Source of the DNA: a virus
Taxonomy: Duplodnaviria; Heunggongvirae; Uroviricota; Caudoviricetes
Virus record (IMG/VR): IMGVR_UViG_2861084961_000001
Reading direction: 5' to 3' (one strand)
Length of the DNA: 64,000 nt
The position numbers and the translations under genes were made by a program. This document shows positions 21,001 through 31,018 of the stretch, piece after piece. Below the pieces are notes generated by a model. It had not been told where the DNA came from. It searched no databases and saw only the letters and a program-made list of their open reading frames with translations. Each line of letters starts with the position of its first letter. The stretch's first letter is position 1.

Positions 21001-21556
21001 TTGAGATGAACCCCAAACGTTCGGCTGAGATTAACGTGCTCATGACACGGATGGCGGCTGAAATGGGCTTAGGTGATGAACTAATCCGCCCAGCATTGGT
21101 ATTAAGCCGAAAATCATGATCATTCTGGACAATGCGAACGGCAATGATGCTCGAACCGGTTACTTCATGGAGAACGGATACGACGATTTTAAGGCCAAGC
21201 TATTGACGGCTGGAGATTTACGCATGGGCGATCTCTATGTCACAGGCGTTTGCAAAAAGGTGAAAGACAAAGAAAAGGACTACACCAAAGACGAGATCGG
21301 CCAGTTCACCGACTTTATGCGTGAAGAGATCAATCTGGTGCGTCCGACCTATGTGCTGACGTGTGGCAGCCGGGCAACGGCATTGTTTAACAACAAAAAC
21401 AAGCCATCCGATTTGGTCGGCAGGAAGGAGTATCTTCCAGACCTTGACGTTACTGTCTTTTACGGGTTTAACCCCAACATTCTTTACTTCAGACCTGAAG
21501 AGGGAGAACGACTAGAAGCGATATTAGCCGACGTAGCAGAAACTATTAAGACGTGA
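18044..21556 (+). CDS. dnaE: DNA polymerase III alpha-like (DnaE-type) replicative polymerase, split into 7 frames by -1 shifts
   Basis: PHP-like N-terminus, [42 protein letters not shown] polymerase core motif; summed length ~1170 aa matches DnaE; consecutive ORFs 18044,18625,18840,19505,20221,20535,21116 each shift frame by -1. Confidence 0.7.
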
Positions 21557-21659
21557 TCCAATAAACATGGCCATAAAGGCCATGTTTTCCCTTATCCCCT
21601 CACATCCCCCTATCTTCAAGCTCATTGCCTCATCATTACAATGATATAATCAATACAAA

Positions 21660-22115
21660 ATGATAAGTGATAAGGAAATGCGCATGATCGCCGATATTTA
21701 CGAGAAAATAATGTCTGATCTCGAGTTTGACCGAGACAATCTGGAAGAAGTCTGGCGTAGACAACCCCGCCTGTTGATGGAATATGGCTCAAAACTCGCT
21801 CATGCAGAAAAAAGTGTCGCAGAGGCAAAACTTAACCTTGAAGCTGTTGAAGCAAAGCTATACGACACAGAGCGTAAGAACTTGAGTATGAACGGCATTA
21901 AGTTCAACGAGTCTGTACTGGACGCTAAGGTTAAAACAAACCCACAGTATCTGTCTAAACGGCAGAAGTTGGATGAAGCACGGCACATCGCAGACATATA
22001 CAAACATGCTGTCGCCGCCTTTTCGCATCGCCGAGACATGATCGTTCAGGCGTCGAAGATGGCCATTGTTGAATTGGAGCGATTAGGCTCCGAACGCTTT
22101 ATTACTCCCCGTTGA
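21660..22115 (+). CDS. Hypothetical coiled-coil protein (151 aa), possible recombination mediator
   Basis: ORF between polymerase and SSB; helical/charged composition. Confidence 0.4.
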   Translation: MISDKEMRMIADIYEKIMSDLEFDRDNLEEVWRRQPRLLMEYGSKLAHAEKSVAEAKLNLEAVEAKLYDTERKNLSMNGIKFNESVLDAKVKTNPQYLSKRQKLDEARHIADIYKHAVAAFSHRRDMIVQASKMAIVELERLGSERFITPR

Positions 22116-22232
22116 TTTTTGATAGATAATAAGTAAGTACTGATCTATCATTGAGCAGCTCGAAAGAGCCACGAATGAACGAAAGCCCAACGCGCATAGC
22201 GCCATCGGCCAAATCACAACAAGGAGAAACAC

Positions 22233-23261
22233 ATGTCTAAGACATTACTTGATTTGCTTAACAAAACTCGTGAAGACATTGCCGCCAAACGTGGTAACAA
22301 CGTTGATCTGACTCGCTTAAAAGATGGCGTCAACTATATCCGTATCTTCCCGAATAAGGACGACCCAAACGGTAAGTTCTTCCAGACTTTCGGTATGCAC
22401 TACGTTAAGTATCAGAACGAGGACGGTAAAGAAGCAACCAACGCTTATATTTGTGAGCAACATACTCACGGTCGCGCTTGTCAGCTATGCGAAATGGTGA
22501 TGGAAGGTCGCGCTCGTCACAAGGGTAACAAAGCAATGGAAGAACGCATCGGTCAAATGCGTGCCACTCCTCGCTACCTGGTCAACGGCATTCTTTCAGC
22601 TCGTGAGGATTTCGCCGATGCAGAGAAATGCCAGTTAATCGAACTGCCTTCCACTGTATTCGATGATATCTGCAAAGCAATCACCGAAGACATCGCTGAT
22701 GATATCGGTAATCCACTGAGCAAAGAGGAAGGCTACGCATTCCTGATTAAACGTACTGGCTCTGGTCGCGATACCAAATATGACGTCTCGCCTAAGCGTA
22801 AAGTCTACAAAGGCGATATCGAAGATAAATTCTGGAATACCCAGCATGATCTGATCGCATACGCAAATCAGGCTGATGAAACTCGTCTTCTCTCGACAGT
22901 TCGCACTATGGGCCGTCTGATTGGCATCGCAGCACCAACTGCCTCTGCATCTGCACCAGCAATTTCCTCTACCGCGAAAACATCGGCCGCGGCACTGCCT
23001 GGATTTGGCTCTGTCACTGGTCATACGGAGGGTGCGACTGCTGTAGCAACCGCTCACACCCCAGCATCTGAACCAACCAGTCTGGTTGATGAAGAAATCC
23101 TCCGAGCCGTTGAAACTGAATTTAAACCAGAGGCAAGTTCCGCTGCCGTTGCCGTATCAGTCAAAGAGTCTGAAGCAGTCGCAGCGACATCTGTAGCAGC
23201 CGCATCTGCGACGGAAGATGAAGGTCTGGATGATCTACTGAGAGAGCTTGACTCTCTGTAA
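22233..23261 (+). CDS. gp32-like single-stranded DNA-binding protein
   Basis: IRIFPNKDDPNGKFF and Cys/His cluster CEQHTHGRACQLC resemble T4 gp32 zinc-binding core; acidic Ala/Ser-rich C-terminal tail. Confidence 0.7.
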   Translation: MSKTLLDLLNKTREDIAAKRGNNVDLTRLKDGVNYIRIFPNKDDPNGKFFQTFGMHYVKYQNEDGKEATNAYICEQHTHGRACQLCEMVMEGRARHKGNKAMEERIGQMRATPRYLVNGILSAREDFADAEKCQLIELPSTVFDDICKAITEDIADDIGNPLSKEEGYAFLIKRTGSGRDTKYDVSPKRKVYKGDIEDKFWNTQHDLIAYANQADETRLLSTVRTMGRLIGIAAPTASASAPAISSTAKTSAAALPGFGSVTGHTEGATAVATAHTPASEPTSLVDEEILRAVETEFKPEASSAAVAVSVKESEAVAATSVAAASATEDEGLDDLLRELDSL

Positions 23262-23277
23262 TCCCATTACGTGACCA

Positions 23278-23306
23278 GTAAGGCGTCTACGGACGCCTTA
23301 CTTTTT
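23278..23306 (+). terminator. Terminator hairpin gtaaggcgtctacggacgccttac + T-run
   Basis: Stem ggcgtc/gacgcc, tacg loop, ttttt. Confidence 0.7.
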
Positions 23307-23321
23307 GGAAGGAATGTACCG

Positions 23322-24266
23322 GTGAATTATCTCTTCGTAGATGGCAATAGCCTGGGTTATTACCACCAACAATCTGACAAATTGCACAACGGCGAAATGG
23401 AAGTACAGGCTGCTTTCGGCTTTGTTAAGAACGTCCGTCGTTATGCCTCCATCCTCCATGCCCGACCTATGATTCTTTGGGATGGATTTAGTGACAAGCG
23501 TCGCGACTTTTACCCGGACTACAAAGCAAATCGCGACGACGATCCTGATATGAAAAAGATGAAGGAAGGCTTTGCTATCCAGAAGCCATACATCCTCAAA
23601 ATGATGACCGCGCTTGGAGTTACCCAACTCATTGCAAAAGATGCAGAAGCGGATGATCTGGCCGGGCTGCTGGTATCCCGCATGGCACCGCAGCCAACCG
23701 TTGAACACATCTATCTGTTAACAGGCGATAGCGACTGGCTTCAGTTAGTTCGTGAAAACGTAAGCTGGGTAAGCCTGCGTGAAGACGCCAAAAACAAGCA
23801 GGTTAATTTTGAGCAATTTGCGAAGCTGACAGGATTCGCCACGCCTCGCGCATTTTTGGAAGCAAAAGCATTACAAGGCGATAACTCGGACAACATTAGC
23901 GGTGTTGGTGGCATTGGTGCTGGCGGTGCGAAAGAGCTGCTGCATGAATGGGGAAGTGTCGCAACGATGGTACGCGGCATCAACGACGGCTCAATCGTGG
24001 TTAATAAAGGGCGTCATAAGACCGCCTTCAACAAACTAGCGAAGAATGCCTTCAACGAGAAAACAGGCTGTCGAATGCTCGAAGCGTTCAAGAGAAACAT
24101 CACGCTAATGAACCTGATTGAGACGAAGTTTCCGCCTACCGAAATCGAAACAATCAAAGGCAATCGTGACGTGAAAGCATTCGAGCAACTGTGCTACGAG
24201 CTGAATTTCCGTTCGTTCCTTGAAGACCTTGAAGTGTTTGTTCTTCCATTCGAAAGGTATTGCTAA
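23322..24266 (+). CDS. 5'-3' exonuclease / flap endonuclease (phage RNase H-type)
   Basis: VNYLFVDGNSLGYY N-terminal FEN motif, YLLTGDSDWLQLV; start placed at GTG 23322 after terminator and GGAAGG RBS (longer ORF from 23271 would overlap the terminator). Confidence 0.75.
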   Translation: MNYLFVDGNSLGYYHQQSDKLHNGEMEVQAAFGFVKNVRRYASILHARPMILWDGFSDKRRDFYPDYKANRDDDPDMKKMKEGFAIQKPYILKMMTALGVTQLIAKDAEADDLAGLLVSRMAPQPTVEHIYLLTGDSDWLQLVRENVSWVSLREDAKNKQVNFEQFAKLTGFATPRAFLEAKALQGDNSDNISGVGGIGAGGAKELLHEWGSVATMVRGINDGSIVVNKGRHKTAFNKLAKNAFNEKTGCRMLEAFKRNITLMNLIETKFPPTEIETIKGNRDVKAFEQLCYELNFRSFLEDLEVFVLPFERYC

Positions 24267-24532
24267 TGCTTAAATCGATTATTAATGGCGCTACAACCAC
24301 CCCTGCCCAACTGGCAAAAGAGATTGTCTTTTATCACGGTGAGTACGCTGTCATCGCACTGCCGTCAATTCTAGGCACTGCCGGAATGAAAGCGACAGAT
24401 CGCGAGTTTGGATTAGTCAGCGAGCAGGTCGTAAAAATCCTCGCTCGTGTATCCAGACTCCTTAACCACGATGCGATTGTATTCGACGAATCCGCCGCTT
24501 TAAAACGAATCAACGAAACAAAAGGAGCCTGA
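24260..24532 (+). CDS. Hypothetical protein (90 aa)
   Basis: ORF start-overlapping upstream stop. Confidence 0.35.
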   Translation: MLMLKSIINGATTTPAQLAKEIVFYHGEYAVIALPSILGTAGMKATDREFGLVSEQVVKILARVSRLLNHDAIVFDESAALKRINETKGA

Positions 24533-24534
24533 TC

Positions 24535-25608
24535 ATGGCAAAAGGAAAATCCGCACTGGCACTTGCTCTGAAAAAGAAAATCGGTAGCAACGACGAAATT
24601 CAGAAAGTAACTCATTGGATTGACACAGGCTTTCCTCCGTTAAACAAAGCTATTTCCGGTCGTTACGATGGCGGTTTCCCATGTGGTCGTATCGTCGAAG
24701 TATTCGGGCCGCCAAGCGCGGGGAAAACTTTTTTGGCAACGGCAGCAATGATCTCCGCTCAGAAACAAGATGGCCTGGCGGTATTCCTCGATCATGAGAA
24801 CAGTTTTGACGTTGGCCTGGCTGTCGCCAATGGTCTGAACGCAGATGAGGATGACGGCCAGTGGGTATACAAGCAGCCTGATACCTTCGAAGACTCTGTA
24901 GAGTTGATCGGCACAATACTTAAATTGGTACGTGATGAAGAGCTTATCCCTGAATCAGCACCTATCTGTATCGTGGCTGACTCACTTGCGTCTATGGTTC
25001 CGAACTCCAAAGCCGAGAAGTTCGAAAAGATGGCTGAAGGCACTGCCAAAGACAAAGATCAGCTAAACATGAACGACAATACGGCGCTGGCTCGTGCAAC
25101 GAGTGCGAACTTCCCCACTCTGGCTTTGTGGGCACGCAAATACAACGCCTGCATCATCTTCTTGAATCAGGTTCGCACAAAAATCGGTGTAATGTTTGGC
25201 GACCCTACTACGTCACCAGGCGGCGATTCACCGAAGTTTTACGCTTCTGTGCGCATCCGTCTCGGTGCATCGGTGATGAAGGATGGTAAAGAGAAGATCG
25301 GTCAGGACGTAGGCGCAGAGTGCATCAAAAACAAAGTTGCACCACCGTATGGCAAATGCACCTGGAAATTCTACTTCGATCCTACTCGTGGCCTCGACGT
25401 TATCGAGTCGCTCGTCGAGTACATGCTGGAAGAAGGATACCTGCCAAAGAACGCCAGCGGTCGAGTAGAAATTGGTGACAAGAAATACACCAAATCACAG
25501 ATCGTCGAGATGTATCGGGAGAAGCCACTAGCTGAAATCATTGCAGCTTTACAGGCAATCGACGACCGGAGAGCAAAAGATACCCCCACCGAGTCAGTAG
25601 AAGGGTAA
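24535..25608 (+). CDS. RecA/UvsX-like recombinase
   Basis: GRIVEVFGPPSAGKTFLA Walker A in RecA core context; 357 aa. Confidence 0.85.
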   Translation: MAKGKSALALALKKKIGSNDEIQKVTHWIDTGFPPLNKAISGRYDGGFPCGRIVEVFGPPSAGKTFLATAAMISAQKQDGLAVFLDHENSFDVGLAVANGLNADEDDGQWVYKQPDTFEDSVELIGTILKLVRDEELIPESAPICIVADSLASMVPNSKAEKFEKMAEGTAKDKDQLNMNDNTALARATSANFPTLALWARKYNACIIFLNQVRTKIGVMFGDPTTSPGGDSPKFYASVRIRLGASVMKDGKEKIGQDVGAECIKNKVAPPYGKCTWKFYFDPTRGLDVIESLVEYMLEEGYLPKNASGRVEIGDKKYTKSQIVEMYREKPLAEIIAALQAIDDRRAKDTPTESVEG

Positions 25609-25613
25609 ACACA

Positions 25614-25636
25614 AGGCGTCCATAGGACGCCTTTTT
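25614..25636 (+). terminator. Terminator hairpin ggcgtccataggacgcc + T6
   Basis: Stem ggcgtcc/ggacgcc followed by tttttt. Confidence 0.75.
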
Positions 25637-25700
25637 TATCTCTTGAAAATATATAAGTACTTACTTATTATTTTCGCATAACAACCACATAGGAAAACAC

Positions 25701-25901
25701 ATGATCAAAATCTATCTATTGGCAGTAGCCACAGGCCTTTCTGTGGCTCTCATCTACGGATTACTGGTTCCGTCGCTGATTTCTGCAAAGAGTGATTTGG
25801 CCGTCATGCTTGGAGTTCTCGTTGGTTTTGGCACTCCTGTAATCGGTCTTATTGCTGGTCGTAAGTTTATTAACTCATTAATCAAAGCAAAGGGGAAATA
25901 A
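25701..25901 (+). CDS. Small two-helix membrane protein (66 aa), possible NfeD-like partner of SPFH protein
   Basis: Two hydrophobic segments; immediately upstream of SPFH gene; conserved GGAAAACACATG start context. Confidence 0.4.
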   Translation: MIKIYLLAVATGLSVALIYGLLVPSLISAKSDLAVMLGVLVGFGTPVIGLIAGRKFINSLIKAKGK

Positions 25902-25904
25902 GTA

Positions 25905-26734
25905 ATGAAGAAAGGTTTACTTGCAGTTGCTCTGGCGGCTATTTGCACAATGGGTCTTACTGGCTGTGATCGCGTGGAGCCTGGATACGTTGGCATCAAA
26001 GTAAACAAATTAGGTGAAGACAAAGGGATTGGTGAAGTGGTTGGCGTTGGTCGCCAATGGACAGGTCTTAACACCGAACTTTACGTATTCCCGACCTTCA
26101 AACAAATGAAGACCTACGACGAGCCGTTCACATTCCAGATGAGTGACGGTACTGCTATTGGTCATAAAATTGGCGTTGCGTATCTGGTTAATCGTGACAA
26201 GGTAACGACGGTGTTCCAGACCTATCGCAAAGGCGTAGACGATATCACCGAATCAGATCTGCGTCAGAAAATTGCCGACTCTCTAAACCGTTTGGCCAGC
26301 CGTATGACCACTGACTCATTTATCGACGGTGGTAAGGCGCAATTGCTGGACAACGCACTGAAAGATATTCAGAAAGAGATGTCTCCGGTTGGTATTGAGG
26401 TACTGAGCCTATCATGGGTTGGAAGCCTGATTACCCAAAAACCGTCATTGAATCTATCAACGCCAAAGTAACGGCTAACCAGCGTACTCTGCAACGTCAG
26501 CAGGAAGTCGAACAACGTAAAGCTGAGGCGAATATGCTGCGTGAACAGGCTAATGGTGAAGCTGATGCTATTCGTGCTCGTGCGCAAGCAGAAGCAGACG
26601 CTATTCGTCTGCGCGGTGAAGCTCTGCGTCAAAACCCGAACGTTATGGAACTGGAAGCCATCAATAAATGGAATGGCCAGTTACCGCAGTACATGACTCA
26701 AGGGGCTAACACTCCTTTCATTACAGTGAAATAA
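25905..26734 (+). CDS. SPFH/band-7 family lipoprotein; frame broken near 26400-26470
   Basis: Lipoprotein signal MKKGLLAVALAAICTMGLTGC; C-terminal coiled-coil with EAxA repeats; -1 frame relation between the two ORFs. Confidence 0.55.
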
Positions 26735-26753
26735 CTCTCTTTAAGAAGATCAG

Positions 26754-26778
26754 GCGTCCAGTTGGACGCCGTTTTATT
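26754..26778 (+). terminator. Terminator hairpin ggcgtccagttggacgcc + T-rich tail
   Basis: Same GGCGTCC stem family as terminators at 23278 and 25614. Confidence 0.65.
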
Positions 26779-26829
26779 CTCGTTATTATCACACACAAGA
26801 AAACAATTTGTTAAAAGGTTAAGTTAATT

Positions 26830-27654
26830 ATGCCCAACCACATTACAAACGAAATCCGAGTCATAGGTGGTACAAATAAACAACGCTTAGATTTCATACG
26901 TGCCATAACTAACAAAAAAGGTCTAATTGACTTTAATACCATTTGCAGACGTCCGAAAAGTATAGAAATGGAAGAAAACAATCATATCAGGCGCATGGCC
27001 TCTGCAATGGCGGGCGAAACAGTTTACGACTACATGTTCGGTGAATTAAAGACTCCAGAACAGGTCGAATTAGCTATGCGTGAATCTGGAATGACACGCA
27101 AGGAAATTCGCAAAATCAAAGAGCAGGCTCTTATGCGGCTTGAGAATTATCGTCGCTATGGCTATTACTCATGGTTTGACTGGTCGCGAGCTAATTGGGG
27201 AACAAAATGGAATGCCTACAACATCGAAATGCCCGTAAAACGTATCCCTACACGTATTAAGTACGGCCATAATTTCCGCCATACACACGTTCGAGCATAT
27301 GCAAAACGAATCTATAAAAAACGTCTTGCAAGACATGCCGCAACTGGTGGTGAGTTGGTGATTCGCTTTGAAACAGCCTGGTCTATGCCAAAACCAATTT
27401 ATCAAGCGATGGCTAGAAAGTTCCCGCACCTTGAATTTGTAATACGTTATGCAGACGAAGACTTCGGCAATAACTGCGGATTCATTTTACTTCGCAACGG
27501 CAAATGGGAATATGACTACATTGCACCGGCGAATAACGAACAATCGTCAGAAGAAAAAATCAAATGGCGCAAGTTCGCCTTTGAGTTATGTTGTCCTGGT
27601 ATTACTCCACAAGAATACGGTCTAAATGAAGAATACGAATACGCCGGATATTAA
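26830..27654 (+). CDS. Hypothetical protein (274 aa)
   Basis: ORF preceded by AGAAAACAATTTGTT motif; Trp-rich segment YSWFDWSRANWGTKWNAY. Confidence 0.45.
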   Translation: MPNHITNEIRVIGGTNKQRLDFIRAITNKKGLIDFNTICRRPKSIEMEENNHIRRMASAMAGETVYDYMFGELKTPEQVELAMRESGMTRKEIRKIKEQALMRLENYRRYGYYSWFDWSRANWGTKWNAYNIEMPVKRIPTRIKYGHNFRHTHVRAYAKRIYKKRLARHAATGGELVIRFETAWSMPKPIYQAMARKFPHLEFVIRYADEDFGNNCGFILLRNGKWEYDYIAPANNEQSSEEKIKWRKFAFELCCPGITPQEYGLNEEYEYAGY

Positions 27655-27779
27655 AAAATTGTCATTTAGCTTTACGCATGAAGCATAGAGGTTAATAAGA
27701 TGAAAAGAAAATTGAAGAACCAAAAACAACCCTTAATAAACATGGGGAAAAAATTCAAACACATCCAGCGTTCGGTCTT

Positions 27780-28439
27780 GTGAAAACAAGCCGTGTTAGC
27801 ACAACTGGCATTCGCCTATTTGATTCAGAACTGGAACATAGAGACTATATTGAAATAGGCGTTTACGAGGCAGAGCTGTCCTTAGACAATGAACGAACCC
27901 GGCCACAAAGAAGTAGCAATAGACGGCCTTTAGTTGAAATTAGACTTAGCCAGGCACAATGGGCTGCTATGGTTAGCAGTTTTGGTGTGGGCGAAGGTGT
28001 GCCATGCACTATTTCATATAAAACCATTGGCGACTCAATTAGAGTTCATGATATTGCCGAGCAAAAAAGTATTCGGCAAAAATTCAACGATCAAATAAAG
28101 GCAGCTACGAATAGTGAGATTGATCGACTTAATCAGCAAGTTTCAGAGCTAGGTGAGCTTGTGAAAAAAGGAAGAGCTGGAAAACGTGACCTTGAAGAAC
28201 TATATAGAAAACTTGCATCTGCTGTAGCTAACCTTCCTGAAAATCTGTGCTTTGCTACCGAATTAATGCAGGAGCAAATGGATGAAATTGTCTCATCTGG
28301 AAAGGCGGAGATTGAGGCGTATGTTGCAGGCACTGTTATGCGTAAAGGATTAGCAGCATTAGGTACAGAATCATGCATTAACGATGATCCTACAGTCTCT
28401 ATCACCAAAATGGAAAGCGGTAAAGAATTACTGCCATAA
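27780..28439 (+). CDS. Hypothetical coiled-coil protein (219 aa as given; may start upstream at ATG 27700 via a frame break)
   Basis: ORF; upstream in-frame continuation and ATG 27700 in -1 related frame near an A-run. Confidence 0.4.
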   Translation: MKTSRVSTTGIRLFDSELEHRDYIEIGVYEAELSLDNERTRPQRSSNRRPLVEIRLSQAQWAAMVSSFGVGEGVPCTISYKTIGDSIRVHDIAEQKSIRQKFNDQIKAATNSEIDRLNQQVSELGELVKKGRAGKRDLEELYRKLASAVANLPENLCFATELMQEQMDEIVSSGKAEIEAYVAGTVMRKGLAALGTESCINDDPTVSITKMESGKELLP

Positions 28440-28506
28440 ATGTATCTGAGGTACTGACAATGCTTTTAATTCAACCTGGGTTCGGTTTAAAGATAAAAAA
28501 GGACAT

Positions 28507-28848
28507 ATGTTTGGTGAGAGAGATTCCAAACGAAAAATTCTGTCTATTCGATTGCCATTTATCACCATTCATTGGTTAAACAGAGAGTCAACCGATTATT
28601 GGTATAAATGTGCAAGAGCAGCATTTAACGACCCTGACTGGTTTATAGAAAACCACCACGCGGTTCGTCAGGCAAAAAGAAAGGCAAATACGACATATAT
28701 GAAGGCATATCAGGATGCCTGGGAAGAACATCGTGGTCGATACCAAAAAAACATTGAAAAACTTGAATCTGAAAATATGGACCTAAGAAGAAAACTCGGT
28801 GAAGCACGGCGAGATATTGAAGCATATAAACGTCTTGTATCGGAGTGA
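28507..28848 (+). CDS. Hypothetical protein (113 aa)
   Basis: ORF in AT-rich block. Confidence 0.35.
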   Translation: MFGERDSKRKILSIRLPFITIHWLNRESTDYWYKCARAAFNDPDWFIENHHAVRQAKRKANTTYMKAYQDAWEEHRGRYQKNIEKLESENMDLRRKLGEARRDIEAYKRLVSE

Positions 28849-29010
28849 ATATGACTTTACATTGTTTTTCAAAGGGCATTGCTTTTCACTATACAGAAAC
28901 AGAAATAATAATGGGGCATTCTACATATGTAGTAAATGTGGCAGAACAAAATATCTTCCAGATGTCAAATTTGAAGGTCCTTAAATGTTTGCATTAAATG
29001 GGCAATACAG

Positions 29011-29427
29011 ATGATCGCAACAGACTTTTCTAAATTAAGTGATTTTGAAATTAACAGACGAGTATGTGAGGCTTTAGATATGGAGGAGTATTTCTTCATA
29101 CCTGATGACGAAGCAGATTTCGATTCGGAGATCCCCACTGATGAAAGAGGTCCTGTTTGGCAAACGTCAAAAAGGGATATTAATGGCTTCCGTGCTTCAA
29201 ACGGAAATTGCTTCAATCCTTGCAACAATCCGGCAGACGCAAAGCCTATTATCGTAGAGAATAGAATTGGCATCATTCCAGCGCCAGAAAATGGATTATG
29301 GAAGGCTGCGCATAGAAAGGTTGGTAACGATAATACTCCATACCATATGACTCAAAATGTAAATCCACTCCGCGCCGCTATGATTGTCTTTCTGATGATG
29401 AAAGAAAGTGAGAGTTGTACCGATTAA
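29011..29427 (+). CDS. Hypothetical protein (138 aa)
   Basis: ORF. Confidence 0.35.
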   Translation: MIATDFSKLSDFEINRRVCEALDMEEYFFIPDDEADFDSEIPTDERGPVWQTSKRDINGFRASNGNCFNPCNNPADAKPIIVENRIGIIPAPENGLWKAAHRKVGNDNTPYHMTQNVNPLRAAMIVFLMMKESESCTD

Positions 29428-29725
29428 TGAATATATACGATTTTTTAAAAAACCTAACACATGTGTCAGAAAAGGGTATAGACCGTCAGTCATCGATTGC
29501 TGGTCGCTATCAGCAAATAATCTCAACAATGTATTCAAAATGCATTGGGAGTTTCTTTGTGAAGCGCGCGGCGTTCTCGACATGACAGTCAGAGAAGCAA
29601 TTATCTGGATTCTTTGGTTTCCGGTAAGAACATTTATGACTCTGACGTACCCATTTACCTTCTGGATTTGGGGAACCGTCCTTTATTTCATATTAAAAGG
29701 AGAAGTAAAACATGGCAGCAATTAA
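29408..29725 (+). CDS. Hypothetical membrane protein (105 aa)
   Basis: Hydrophobic C-terminal half WILWFPVRTFMTLTYPFTFWIWGTVLYFIL. Confidence 0.35.
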   Translation: MRVVPINEYIRFFKKPNTCVRKGYRPSVIDCWSLSANNLNNVFKMHWEFLCEARGVLDMTVREAIIWILWFPVRTFMTLTYPFTFWIWGTVLYFILKGEVKHGSN

Positions 29726-30137
29726 GAAACTCTACGATGCCGCAAACGCGGCTCTGAATGTTATTGATGATGAAGTATCAAAAGGCTTTCCTGAACCTGA
29801 TTGGGCGCATCAGCTACGAAACGCTATCGCCGAAATGAAGCCACCAGCTCCGACCACCGACGAGACAGACTGGCAGCGATTTATCCGTATGTACGCTCAG
29901 GAAATAGGTCCAACGCCAACGGCAGAGCAAGCAATGCTGCTGAAATACTTCAAAGAGGCGGGAGAGGATTTACCAATTGATGACTCAGCATATTGGTTCC
30001 ACTGCGCATGGCGTAAATATGACGTGATATTCACACAAGGCATGGGGAGCAAAGATATGGTTGTGTGGCATCTACTCCATATAGACACAGCCGTTGACAG
30101 AGTTATTGAACAGTTTTTCCCTAAACAAGAAGATTGA
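29712..30137 (+). CDS. Hypothetical protein (141 aa)
   Basis: ORF overlapping neighbours in operon fashion. Confidence 0.4.
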   Translation: MAAIKKLYDAANAALNVIDDEVSKGFPEPDWAHQLRNAIAEMKPPAPTTDETDWQRFIRMYAQEIGPTPTAEQAMLLKYFKEAGEDLPIDDSAYWFHCAWRKYDVIFTQGMGSKDMVVWHLLHIDTAVDRVIEQFFPKQED

Positions 30138-30192
30138 TCGCCTATTCATAACTAACAAAATAAGTAAACACTAACCACAAAAGGAAAAACAC

Positions 30193-30468
30193 ATGAGAGT
30201 TTTAGTTCGAATCGTTACCAGCACTGTCTATGACGTGTTTCCGCTTTTTATGGTCAAAGCCGATGGCCTTAACGACGAAGAAACTGACGCACTGATCCAG
30301 CGTATTCTCGTTGAATATACAGGTCATGACGCTGATTCAGTGATGGTTGATGATGATGGTGTTTGTTGGCATAACGGCAACTGTTGGTACGTAGAAGAGA
30401 CTCAACAAATCAGTGATGAAGATGCCGCACATCTTGAGCGTATTCTAAGCATCAGCACTTTTGAGTGA
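30193..30468 (+). CDS. Hypothetical acidic protein (91 aa)
   Basis: Conserved AAAGGAAAAACACATG start context. Confidence 0.45.
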   Translation: MRVLVRIVTSTVYDVFPLFMVKADGLNDEETDALIQRILVEYTGHDADSVMVDDDGVCWHNGNCWYVEETQQISDEDAAHLERILSISTFE

Positions 30469-30682
30469 GTTTACAGTAAAATTTATATAAGTTAGTATCT
30501 ACCTATCATGAAGATTTTATTGAATACTTGTTGCTCATCGTGTCAATAGCTTTTGTCATCGACTGCATTTTCACTGGTGTCATTCGTAAAGTCTTTTCCC
30601 CGGTGAACGACGTAGTCATAAACGCTTTGGCTATCGTGCTCGTATTTAATTCAGCATTTGATGTAATCAAAGAGGTGGCAGC

Positions 30683-31018
30683 ATGAAGGCCATCCCATTC
30701 GCGCTGTTGTTCCTTTCTTCGATCGTTGTGGCCGACACCACTGTTTATCAGTGTGAAATGTCTGTAGCCGACGTTAAGAATGGCGCTCTTACCGACGTCA
30801 TAAAAGCACCATATGGAGCGATGGTCGTAGACAGCGGCGACCAGTTCTATGTTGTGCGTGACGATCGAGTATTGTCATCCCCATATCTCACAAACCGTAA
30901 TGGCAAATTAACCGGCGTCGGAGAAGACCACTTCGTATACAACAAATACAAGGGCTTCTATGGCGTTCACGCTTCTCAGCAAAGCTACCTTTTCGATGAC
31001 TGCAAGGAGGTTGGATAA
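30683..31018 (+). CDS. Secreted/periplasmic hypothetical protein (111 aa)
   Basis: N-terminal signal peptide MKAIPFALLFLSSIVVADTT. Confidence 0.45.
   Translation: MKAIPFALLFLSSIVVADTTVYQCEMSVADVKNGALTDVIKAPYGAMVVDSGDQFYVVRDDRVLSSPYLTNRNGKLTGVGEDHFVYNKYKGFYGVHASQQSYLFDDCKEVG

Noticed and set aside
18044-21556. Annotating DnaE, ligase, DHFR, SbcC and other split genes as true pseudogenes
   Set aside because: Every break is a -1 step and the ones examined fall in homopolymer runs restorable by one added base; a systematic sequencing artefact is more parsimonious, although real decay is not excluded.
22635-23057. 140 aa minus-strand ORF inside the gp32-like SSB gene
   Set aside because: Antisense to a conserved coding region; Cys/Arg-rich composition typical of spurious frames.
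28799-28984. 61 aa ORF with a CSKCGR motif overlapping the end of 28507..28848
   Set aside because: Frame relation is +1, unlike the systematic -1 breaks, with no clear start or RBS; could be real but not supportable from sequence alone.
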